From: Candidatus Syntropharchaeum caldarium
GTDB taxonomy: Archaea; Halobacteriota; Syntropharchaeia; Syntropharchaeales; Syntropharchaeaceae
Length of the DNA: 32,000 bases
Direction: 5' to 3'
Assembly: GCA_001766815.1 (NCBI GenBank)
Contig: LYOS01000002.1
Location: 324,577-356,576 of the forward strand
This document shows, piece by piece, positions 8,178 through 16,582 of this stretch. Numbering within the stretch: position 1 is the first letter of the stretch; the number at the start of each line of letters is the position of its first letter. The notes under the pieces were generated by a model. It had not been told where the DNA came from. It did no database searches and saw nothing but the letters and a program-made list of their open reading frames with translations. The position numbers were made by a program, and so were the translations under genes.

Positions 8178-11100
8178 TCAGCTGAGTGTGATCTGACCTG
8201 ATGGGAGGATTGTAATGTTTGTTGTTGCATCGTCGTAGTTGTAGTATGTGCTATCGCTTGTTGCATAGAACCATGGTTGTGTTGTTGCTGAGCCAGGTGT
8301 TGCTGCCTTCACTGTCGCGATGCCAACCGTGCTTCCTGCAGTAAAGAGAACCATCGAATCACCTGCACTGTCTGTTGTATCTGTTGAGGAGTTGAAGATT
8401 CCAAATGTCCCCAGTGGCTGGCTGAACGTGATTGTAACACCCTGTATCGCTGAGCCTGTACCATTTGTAAGCGTTGCTGTAAGGTTCGAGCTGCCGCCGT
8501 TTGCATAGATCTCTGTTGGGGATGCTGAGAGTGAGATGCTGCATGAGTTTGTGACTTTAAGCGTCTTTGATTCAGTGTCTGTATGATTGGATATATCCCT
8601 GACTGTGAGGTTGATCGTATAGGTTGCTGTCGTGTTCGTGAAGTTGCTGTAAACGTACGTTCCAGGATAGCCCGATATTACACCGCTTGCGTTGATCACC
8701 ACCCCATCCTCGCTGATCAGCCATGTGTGGTTCACGATTGCAAGATCGTCCCATGAGCTACTACCATCAAATGTTACTGCATCGCCTGGATTTACGATAA
8801 AGTCAGGATCTGCTATGCCACTTTGCCACTTGCTATCTGCTGTAAAGTCTGCCGTCGGTGGGTTATCGATCGGATCTGAGTCTGGTGGATCGGTTGTGTA
8901 TATACTGTAACCTGATCCAATTCCGGGAACGATCAGCTCCCCGATGTTATCGATGCTTCCACCGATGATGACATCTCCTGTTGAGTTCACCCATAGCTGA
9001 TAGCTGATCACGAGAGTATCGTTCACGCCTATCGACTTGTTGACGTTGAACTGAAGCTGCTGATAGTCTGATCCATTGTAGAGCGTTGGGCTGCAGTCGA
9101 GGTTGGTATCATTCAGACATGTGGTGAAGGATTCATTCGTCATCGTGGTCTCGTTATAATCTGTGAAGCTCATCGTTGTACTGCCGTTTATGTACCTGCC
9201 TCTTGTAATCTGGGCTGTTGTATCCTCATATGCGAGATGGACATTGACTGTCATCCCGTTTGCAATCGCCTGTACGTCTGTATATATCTCTTCAAAGATA
9301 GGATCAAGCGCTGATGCATCCTCTGCCTTGTAATACTTACCCCCTGTCTGATCTGCGATATTTCTGAGTTCATCCTCGTTAACATCACCTGTAAGTCCGA
9401 CCGTATAGACCCTTATCCCGTTATCGATCGCTCGCTGGATCTCATCATCTCCATCATAGTCATCACTGTTTGTCTCACCATCTGTTAAGAGGATCTCTAT
9501 CCGCACCGAATCTCGTGGATTGCCAGATGCGCCTGTCTGCCAGTCTCCAATCCTGAAACCATAGTCCGTATCACCAGAGTTATCAGAGACAAGCCGTGTC
9601 AGTATGGTATCTCCTGAAACCCATGGTGTCCAGTATGTCCCGCCATCATGATCATAACTCCATCCATTGACCTCTGGTAGCACCGTGCCGTTCTGATCAT
9701 ACATATAGAAGTAATCACCGTCGTCGAGGTTGTAATCAGACCCATGTGGGTAGCCGTAGGGAGAACCGTTATCGATCATGTCAGTATGGAATCCGTGTGT
9801 GGACTCCACAGGCACACCACTTGTGAGATACTCCACATAATAGCCTTTGTATCCATAGTCTGTCTCTTTTGTGTTATCTCCTGATGTGAACCGAATCTTT
9901 ATTGTATCACCTTCAGCCCATGGGGACGCTAGCATATCTGTGTAGGTGGTGGTGGACTGCCAGTTCCAGTCAATCCATCCAAGTGGATTATCACTTCCAT
10001 CATAGAAGTAGATGCGATCATCTTCGTAGTCGAGGTTCTCTCTGAACTTGATTCGGACGGCAGTTGCACCTGGAATCGTTAAGTTTGTGTAGTAGTCAGC
10101 ATCTCGCATATAACCGTCATAATAACCACTATCTCGATATGGATCTGTCTCACGACCATGGGAGGATTCTATCGGTAAGTTATCTGCAACCTCTGCGTAG
10201 TACGCCTTAAATCCCCAGTCGGTACCGCTACCATCTGTAACAAGCCTTATCCTGATCGTATCGCCCTGAACCCATGCCGACCACTGTGTGTTATTCTCCC
10301 ACCGATAACTGCATCGTCCAAGCGATTCATTATTTGCGTTGTAGAAGTAGAGGTAGTCCCCAGAGTTTAAATTGACCGTGAAGTTTACTCTGATTGCGGT
10401 TGCACCTGGTTCTGGACAGATCGTCCAGGTGTTATCATAGTTATTTGAATACGGGTGTGTCGACTCCACACTGAGTGGATACGCTGCTGTAACGTTAGCT
10501 TCAAGGCTTGTATTGGTTACACCACTCAATAATGAAGTCAGGTTATATTGATTGACGAGTGTACAGGCATACTCATCAGTTGCAACATGCATCCCATCAT
10601 AGATCGCTGTGTTTCCAGAACTATCTATCTCGTCAAGTGATGCATTGACTGAAGCCTTGCCGCTCGCATCTGTGAATACAAGGGTTTGAGTCAGTACTGC
10701 ATCCGCGTCAAAGTCAACAACCCCTGCCTGATCGGTCGCATTCATCTTTCCGACAAAGTTCTTTGCAGCAGCTATTCTAAGGTCGTCTGGATCATTCCAG
10801 TCCATACTTCCCGAGCTATCCATCACAAAGATCACATCGATAGGCTTATTCTCACCAAGCTCACCCTTACCGATGATCGTATGTGTTACATTCAGGATGT
10901 GGGGAAGTTGTGCTTCTGAGAGGGATGGTGGGTCATAGGTCGTTGTCACCTCAAGGAATGGTGCCCCTTTTACGATTATGAGTGCTGACCCATTTACAGT
11001 TGGTTCAAATGTTGAATTAACGGTTGCATTTGCGGTGATCGTGACGTTGGTTGAGGTGGTTAGTGTGCCGTTGAATGAAGTGAAATTCACACTTGCTCTG

Positions 11101-12017
11101 CCATTCGAGTCTGTTGTTGTGGTCAGATGTGTTACATTATCTACCGTTCCATTTCCAAGCGTGCCGTTTGTGGTCGTGATGTTCACGAGTGTATTTGAAA
11201 GTGCATACTTTTCACCATTTACATCCGCATAGCTCAGGCGCAGATGGATCGTTGAGTTCTTTGTAACCGTTATATCTCCGTAGTTCTGGTATGCAACAAC
11301 CGAAGGTTCTGGTGTCACAAGAAGCTGGAGATTTACGGGCTCAAAGGTCACGGTTTTGGTATCTGTTATTGATGTACCGTTGATCGTTGCTGTTATGTTG
11401 TAGGTTGCAACTGCCGCGGTTGCTGATATGTTGAATCGCGCATATCCTGTGGTGTTTGTCTTCTGCTTGTAAATATCAGCAGAGTCGTTGAATGTGAAAT
11501 CAACCCATGTATCGCTCTTTGGATTTCCACAGTAATCGGTTACCCTTGCAAGTACCAGAGGCGTGTGATCATTGTCTGCTCGACAGACTGAAGGTGTTAC
11601 TGTGAGATCGATGTTTCTTGCGGATTCATTGCACTGGAAACAGACATTTGTTGTGTCGTTGATCGAATTGTTTGATGTAACATTTGCTGTAACTGTTATC
11701 ACCGATACCTCTGATGATGTGTTGAGGTGTGCTGTTGCACTGCTACCACTTGTCATGGTTGTATATGTTGAGGAACTATTTTCTGTGAATGCACCAAAGT
11801 CTGTTGTAAACGTCACATTCGTATCGTCTGCCAGGCTTCCATTTGCATCATAGAGGGTCACCGTTATCGTTGATGTATTCCCGAGTATCACATCCTCAGG
11901 ATCTGCTGAGATTGTGATCGATGAGGGAGGTCCTGCTACCGCCGTGGTTGTGCCTGAAAGAATAGTTAAAACCAGGAATACTGATATGTATAACTTATGC
12001 TGTTTTAACTTTTTTAT
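8178..12017 (-). CDS. Giant secreted, sequon-rich surface protein: Ig-like (Big_1-type) repeats, a vWA domain split by three CUB-like modules, a PKD domain and a terminal Ig-like domain
   Basis: The track ORF is 8178..11891 (1237 aa, GTG start). The frame stays open upstream to 12032 and encodes KKLKQHKLYISVFLVLTILSGTTTAVAG, a signal peptide. A strong SD (GGAGGTGA, 12022-12029) lies 4 nt before an ATA codon at 12015-12017. vWA MIDAS motif: DVIFVMDSSGSMD ... GNTAIYDG ... ILLTDGETN. CUB-like repeats begin ESTHPYSNNYDNTWTI. PKD: DFTADS...FDGSSS...YTINLTVRD. NxS/T sequons are very dense. Confidence 0.85.
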   Translation of the reverse strand: MKKLKQHKLYISVFLVLTILSGTTTAVAGPPSSITISADPEDVILGNTSTITVTLYDANGSLADDTNVTFTTDFGAFTENSSSTYTTMTSGSSATAHLNTSSEVSVITVTANVTSNNSINDTTNVCFQCNESARNIDLTVTPSVCRADNDHTPLVLARVTDYCGNPKSDTWVDFTFNDSADIYKQKTNTTGYARFNISATAAVATYNITATINGTSITDTKTVTFEPVNLQLLVTPEPSVVAYQNYGDITVTKNSTIHLRLSYADVNGEKYALSNTLVNITTTNGTLGNGTVDNVTHLTTTTDSNGRASVNFTSFNGTLTTSTNVTITANATVNSTFEPTVNGSALIIVKGAPFLEVTTTYDPPSLSEAQLPHILNVTHTIIGKGELGENKPIDVIFVMDSSGSMDWNDPDDLRIAAAKNFVGKMNATDQAGVVDFDADAVLTQTLVFTDASGKASVNASLDEIDSSGNTAIYDGMHVATDEYACTLVNQYNLTSLLSGVTNTSLEANVTAAYPLSVESTHPYSNNYDNTWTICPEPGATAIRVNFTVNLNSGDYLYFYNANNESLGRCSYRWENNTQWSAWVQGDTIRIRLVTDGSGTDWGFKAYYAEVADNLPIESSHGRETDPYRDSGYYDGYMRDADYYTNLTIPGATAVRIKFRENLDYEDDRIYFYDGSDNPLGWIDWNWQSTTTYTDMLASPWAEGDTIKIRFTSGDNTKETDYGYKGYYVEYLTSGVPVESTHGFHTDMIDNGSPYGYPHGSDYNLDDGDYFYMYDQNGTVLPEVNGWSYDHDGGTYWTPWVSGDTILTRLVSDNSGDTDYGFRIGDWQTGASGNPRDSVRIEILLTDGETNSDDYDGDDEIQRAIDNGIRVYTVGLTGDVNEDELRNIADQTGGKYYKAEDASALDPIFEEIYTDVQAIANGMTVNVHLAYEDTTAQITRGRYINGSTTMSFTDYNETTMTNESFTTCLNDTNLDCSPTLYNGSDYQQLQFNVNKSIGVNDTLVISYQLWVNSTGDVIIGGSIDNIGELIVPGIGSGYSIYTTDPPDSDPIDNPPTADFTADSKWQSGIADPDFIVNPGDAVTFDGSSSWDDLAIVNHTWLISEDGVVINASGVISGYPGTYVYSNFTNTTATYTINLTVRDISNHTDTESKTLKVTNSCSISLSASPTEIYANGGSSNLTATLTNGTGSAIQGVTITFSQPLGTFGIFNSSTDTTDSAGDSMVLFTAGSTVGIATVKAATPGSATTQPWFYATSDSTYYNYDDATTNITILPSGQITLS

Positions 12018-12195
12018 GTTTTCACCTCCTTTTTAAATGATCTACGTTATCGTCTCTGTGATCGATATAAAAACTTTGTTATTCATTCATTTATAAGATT
12101 TAAAAAGATTATAACTCTCTAAAAAGTATTATATAGAATACTAAATTAATTTTTGTAGCGACGATGGGTAAGACATCCAAACCGTATCAATATCT

Positions 12196-12226
12196 GCTTA
12201 TCGACCCAGGTTAATGAAACCTGTGA
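12196..12226 (+). repeat. Degenerate direct copy of the internal/3' part of tRNA-Arg (candidate att remnant)
   Basis: gcttaTCGACCCaGGTT (12196-12212) matches tRNA positions 7009-7024 (gcttTCGACCCgGGTT) with one indel and one mismatch, in the same orientation. It is followed by a weak T-arm-like hairpin (cagg-ttaatgaaa-cctg). Weaker ordered matches to the D arm (gtagcg..gat..atcc) lie at 12157-12180. Confidence 0.4.
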
Positions 12227-12312
12227 AATTCTGGTATGTGTGGTATGTGATTTTTGATTAAAATTTGCTTATGGTTAACTTAATATATAATTGGACTTAA
12301 TACTTTTCGGGG

Positions 12313-15300
12313 ATGGGGTTGTATATAAAAAGTATAGATCTCAAGAACTTCAAGTCGTTCAGGAATGAGACACATATCCCGTTCTTTGATGAGTTCATGG
12401 TGATCTCAGGTCCAAACGGGAGTGGAAAGAGCAACGTACTGGATGCTATCCTCTTCACGCTTGGACTCTCAAACTCGCGAGACATGCGGGCAGAGCGGCT
12501 GACCGATCTCATCTACAGTTCTGGTAATGGAGATGGAATCGATCAGGCAGAGGTGAAGGTGCATTTTGACAACAGTGATCGCGTGATCCCGATCGATAGG
12601 GATGCTGTTACTGTATCAAGGAGAATAAAAAAGACCGATAAAGGATATTACAGTTATTATTACATCAATGGAAGGGCCTGTAACTTTTCAGAGGTACAGG
12701 ATATGCTGTTAAGATCCTCTCTCACTCAAAACTCCTACAACGTGATAATGCAGGGAGATGTTACCCGAATTCTTAATATGAGCGCTTTTGAGCGGCGCAA
12801 GATCATAGATGAGATCTCAGGAGTTGCAGAATTTGATGAAAAAAAGGAGCAGGCACATCAGGAGCTTGATGAGGTCAGGATAAAGATAGAGCGACTTGAT
12901 GTAATCCTTGAAGAGCTCAAAAACCGTCTAAAAATCCTCAAAACAGAGCGAGATCAGGCGATTGAGTATGAGAACCTCCGGAATGAGCAGCAAAGATATG
13001 AAGGAAAGATGCTACTTGCAGATCTCAAACTCAAAGAACAGGAGCTTGATGAGATACAAACCTCGATCACAGAGAGCTGGGAAAAGAAGACGGTCGTCAA
13101 TTCAGCTATATCTAAGAAGACGGCTCAGATAGATGATCTACAGTCAGAACTTGATGATAAGGAGATCAGGCTGGTTAAACAACTCGAAGAGGATGATAAA
13201 ACTCTTAAAAAGGAGATTGAAGAGGTTAATGGATCTATAAACCGTTGTAACGATCGCATAAAGCTGGATGGAGAGCGAATAGAAGATCTGAAAGTTCAGA
13301 TGAACAAGATATTCATTGAAATTGATTCTGCAAAATCTGAGCTTGAAACGATACATAAACGCTTCGATGAGGAGCGGATACGCAAGGGTAGGCTTAAGGA
13401 GGCGCTGGATGAGAAGGTGGAAGACCTTGATCAAATTAAGAAAGAGATTGAAGCTGCTGGATTAAGTGCACAGAACGCAACCGAGAAGTTATATGCACTT
13501 CGCGAGGAGCTTGACCGTGAAAAAAAGCGACAAAACGAGATTCTTGTCGAGCAAAATCGGATACTCGATCGATCCAGGATGCGATCTGGCAGGATTGATG
13601 CGCTAAACAGAAGGATAACTGAACTTGAGGCTGAACTTGATACTAAGCAAAAAGAGCTGGCAATTGAAGAAGAACGGATAGGCGAGGTGACCCGTGATCT
13701 TAAAGAAAATGAAAAAGAGCTTGATATAGAGCGTATTCACCTCAAAAACCTTGAAGATGACCTGAGACATTCAGAACGTAAGATCATGGAGATTGAAGCT
13801 CGGTTAAGGGCTGAAAAGGAGTTTAGGGGTTACAGTGAAGGTGTAAAAGCAGTTATGGAAGCTGCGAGATCACATCAGCTTGAAGGTATTTATGGTACGA
13901 TTGCAGAGCTTGGCAGAGTCGATGACCATTTTGCACCTGCCCTTGAGGCTGCAGCAGGTAACAGAATGCAGTTTATAATTGTGGAGACTGACATGGATGG
14001 GCAGTATGCAATCGAATACCTGAAACAGACGAAGAAAGGACGTGCGACATTTTTACCGCTTAACAGGCTCAAAAAAGGTAAAACCATGCCCAAACCTGAT
14101 GCAGAGGGGGTTGTAGACTTTGCGATAAACTTGATTGAATACGATCCTAAATTTGGACCCGCATTTCACCATGTTTTCCAGGATACAGTGGTTGTTGAAA
14201 CGATTGAGGATGGAAGACGACTTATGGGACGCTTCAGATCGGTCACGCTTGATGGCGACCTCATTGAGCGAAGTGGTGCAATGACAGGGGGCACTCCTGC
14301 AAAATCAAGGTTCAGATTCATCAGTAACAGTGAAAATGAGCTTTTAAGACTCCAGGAAGAACATTCAATCCTTGAAACTCAAAGAAGGGAACAACTTGAG
14401 AAGATAAAGTTGCTCGATGAGCGAAACAAGCTGATTCGAGATGAGATCTTCGGAAGAGGTGAACGCAGGCACAAATTGCAGCTTGAACTGGACGAGATCG
14501 GGCGTATGCTGAATGAAGCACGCAATGAGCTTGACGGTCTTAAAGAAGGTGTTGACCAGGCTCGAATCATCGAGCTTGAGACCGCACTTGCTGAATCCTC
14601 TGAAGTGATAGCCACGCTTGAAGCAGAGATCACTGAGCTTGAGCACAATCTCAAATCATCAAAGATACCTGAGCTTTCAAAGAAAGAAAGGGAGGTTTCT
14701 GAGGAGATAAGAAGAATTGAGGGTAGAATAGCAGATATCGATCTTTCCATCAAATCAATAGTGCTTGAAGAGGAAAATCTTGAGAAGAGGATTAGCGATG
14801 GAAATAATCGATTAAAAGAGCTTGATAATGCAATAACTGCGATTAAAAATGATATTGACCTGAATAAGGCCAGGATAAATGAGCTTGAACAGAAACGTGA
14901 AGCAATGCGTGGACGTGAGAAAGAGCTTGAAGAGGAGCTTTTGAAGTTAAAAACTCTATTCAAAAAGCGATTCGATCAAATTATGGCATTAAAAGAGGAA
15001 ATCGAGGGGTTGAAGCTCAGACGCGAGCGAATTGAGGCAGCGCTCACCGATCTTTCAAGGATAAAAGATGGGCTTGTATCACAGATCAATGCCCTGCAAA
15101 CCAGGATTGAGGCGGCGGGGATGAATCCTGAAGAAGCGATTGTTGAAGATCGTGAAGAGATAGAGCAGCGCATTAACGAGATTGGGCGACGGATGCGATC
15201 GCTTGAGCCTGTCAATATGAAGGCGATAGATGAGTTCAGGGAGGTCGAATCCCGTCTCAATGAGATGCAAAAGCGCAGAAACACACTCATAAATGAGCGT

Positions 15301-15822
15301 GAGGGCATTATTGAGCGGATCGAGGGCTATGCAGTGAAAAAGCGTGAGGTGTTCCTCGCAACATTTGATGCAATCAACGAAAATTTCAAAGAAGTATTCA
15401 GAGAGCTTTCTGATGGTAGTGGTAAGCTTATACTCGAATCAAGAGATGACCCATTTCAAGGAGGTTTGTTGATTGAAGTTCAGCCATCTGGAAAGCCTGT
15501 TCAGCGATTGGATGCCCTGTCTGGTGGTGAAAAGAGCCTCACCGCACTCTCACTATTGTTTGCAATTCAACGCTACAGACCAGCACCATTCTATGCGCTT
15601 GATGAGATAGATATGATGCTCGATGGCGTGAACGTCGAAAAGGTTGCACGATTGATCGAAAAATTATCACACAAGACACAGTTCATCGTTGTATCACTTC
15701 GGGAGCCGATGATCGAGCGTGCATCAAAAACGATCGGTGTTGTGATGCAGGATGGGAATGTATCAACGGTTACCGGAATACAACTCAGGAATCGAGATCT
15801 TCAAGAAGCGACTTCAACCTGA
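12313..15822 (+). CDS. smc: Chromosome segregation/condensation ATPase SMC
   Basis: 1169 aa. Walker A GPNGSGKSN. Long E/K/L-rich coiled coils. Central hinge (GIYGTIAELGRVDDHFAPALEAAAGNRMQFIIVE...ATFLPLN). C-terminal signature LSGGEKSLTALSLLFAIQ and Walker B FYALDEIDMMLD. Confidence 0.95.
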   Translation: MGLYIKSIDLKNFKSFRNETHIPFFDEFMVISGPNGSGKSNVLDAILFTLGLSNSRDMRAERLTDLIYSSGNGDGIDQAEVKVHFDNSDRVIPIDRDAVTVSRRIKKTDKGYYSYYYINGRACNFSEVQDMLLRSSLTQNSYNVIMQGDVTRILNMSAFERRKIIDEISGVAEFDEKKEQAHQELDEVRIKIERLDVILEELKNRLKILKTERDQAIEYENLRNEQQRYEGKMLLADLKLKEQELDEIQTSITESWEKKTVVNSAISKKTAQIDDLQSELDDKEIRLVKQLEEDDKTLKKEIEEVNGSINRCNDRIKLDGERIEDLKVQMNKIFIEIDSAKSELETIHKRFDEERIRKGRLKEALDEKVEDLDQIKKEIEAAGLSAQNATEKLYALREELDREKKRQNEILVEQNRILDRSRMRSGRIDALNRRITELEAELDTKQKELAIEEERIGEVTRDLKENEKELDIERIHLKNLEDDLRHSERKIMEIEARLRAEKEFRGYSEGVKAVMEAARSHQLEGIYGTIAELGRVDDHFAPALEAAAGNRMQFIIVETDMDGQYAIEYLKQTKKGRATFLPLNRLKKGKTMPKPDAEGVVDFAINLIEYDPKFGPAFHHVFQDTVVVETIEDGRRLMGRFRSVTLDGDLIERSGAMTGGTPAKSRFRFISNSENELLRLQEEHSILETQRREQLEKIKLLDERNKLIRDEIFGRGERRHKLQLELDEIGRMLNEARNELDGLKEGVDQARIIELETALAESSEVIATLEAEITELEHNLKSSKIPELSKKEREVSEEIRRIEGRIADIDLSIKSIVLEEENLEKRISDGNNRLKELDNAITAIKNDIDLNKARINELEQKREAMRGREKELEEELLKLKTLFKKRFDQIMALKEEIEGLKLRRERIEAALTDLSRIKDGLVSQINALQTRIEAAGMNPEEAIVEDREEIEQRINEIGRRMRSLEPVNMKAIDEFREVESRLNEMQKRRNTLINEREGIIERIEGYAVKKREVFLATFDAINENFKEVFRELSDGSGKLILESRDDPFQGGLLIEVQPSGKPVQRLDALSGGEKSLTALSLLFAIQRYRPAPFYALDEIDMMLDGVNVEKVARLIEKLSHKTQFIVVSLREPMIERASKTIGVVMQDGNVSTVTGIQLRNRDLQEATST

Positions 15823-16582
15823 TTGCCTTATCTTTCAGCATCTGAACTGCATACTGAATCGTCGCACTCGCACTCATTCCTCCATCTGTCTCAAGTGTGA
15901 AGAGAAAAGCATCTGCATCTTCCTCGATCTCAATTCCATTCCGTTCACATGCCTCAAGGCAGAGTTTGCAGTATGAACAGTCCATGTCATCTCCGATCAT
16001 AACACGATCATTGACCCAGGTGAAGATATTTCTGGGACATACCTCAACACACTTACCACAGTCATCACAGTTTTCATTGATTGCAACGTGCGGAACGTTC
16101 TTATAACCACAGACAACAGCATTCTGCCATTTTGCATGTACCTCGCCTGTCCCAAGTTTGATAACTGCGTTCAGGAGAAGTTTCTGACCCTTCTTGAGAT
16201 CCACAATCGGTATCCTTTCTTCTGCGACAGAAATATTTTCGTCTCCCATGACAAGATCCGACGAATATATCATCCTCGGACCCTCTCCGCTGATACTCGC
16301 TGTTGCCTGGCAGAGAGAACATCCCCCTTCACACTCACACTCATCTTCCATCACATACATCGATGGATCTGCTTTCAGTGGTACGAGACCAAGGCGCAGT
16401 GCAAGCTGTTCATCAAATAAGACCGATGTATTCTCGTAAAAATTGACCTCATCGATCGCCATCCGCGGTATCTCATTGATCATGGTTCGACGCAGTGCAT
16501 TTGCAGATGCGTACGTCAAACCTGAGATTATGAACTTCGCACTCCGCTCGCCAAGATCGATGAGTTTAAACTCGATACTCAC
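15785..16582 (-). CDS. rpoD: DNA-directed RNA polymerase subunit D (Rpo3) with a ferredoxin-like domain carrying two complete 4-Cys motifs
   Basis: 265 aa. N-terminus SAKFIISGLTYASANALRRTMINEIPRMAIDEV. Insert with CDDCGKCVEVCP and CSYCKLCLEACE. It follows rps11 directly in the conserved archaeal S13-S4-S11-RpoD order. Confidence 0.92.
   Translation of the reverse strand: MSIEFKLIDLGERSAKFIISGLTYASANALRRTMINEIPRMAIDEVNFYENTSVLFDEQLALRLGLVPLKADPSMYVMEDECECEGGCSLCQATASISGEGPRMIYSSDLVMGDENISVAEERIPIVDLKKGQKLLLNAVIKLGTGEVHAKWQNAVVCGYKNVPHVAINENCDDCGKCVEVCPRNIFTWVNDRVMIGDDMDCSYCKLCLEACERNGIEIEEDADAFLFTLETDGGMSASATIQYAVQMLKDKAIRLKSLLEDLDS

Noticed and set aside
12125-12142. Palindrome AGTATT-atatag-AATACT in the AT-rich divergent spacer upstream of the giant gene
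   Set aside because: 6-bp arms in a very AT-rich 270-nt spacer are expected by chance. It could be an operator, but nothing else supports that.
12232-12249. Perfect tandem 9-mer tggtatgtg x2 in the smc upstream region; checked the window for CRISPR-like arrays
   Set aside because: There are only two copies, with no spacer structure. I saw no regularly spaced repeats anywhere in the window by eye. It may be a minor slippage duplication or part of the smc promoter.
12040-12312. Long AT-rich spacer next to smc considered as a replication origin
   Set aside because: I found no ORB/mini-ORB-like repeated elements (no repeated G-string or TTCCA..GGAAA boxes), and no cdc6/orc1 gene is nearby.
14379-14963. 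194-aa minus-strand ORF, extremely Ser-rich, inside smc (plus several shorter ones at 13144-15308)
   Set aside because: It is the antisense shadow of the GAA/GAG/AAG-rich coiled-coil coding sequence. It is low-complexity with no start context, and the sense strand has an unambiguous SMC reading frame.
12313-15822. Considered whether the SMC-like ATPase could be a defence-system ATPase (Lamassu/Wadjet-like) rather than chromosomal SMC
   Set aside because: It has the full-length canonical architecture with a conserved hinge and 1169 aa, sits in a housekeeping context, and has no associated nuclease/kleisin-like defence partners in the window. Absence of an adjacent scpA is not unusual in archaea.
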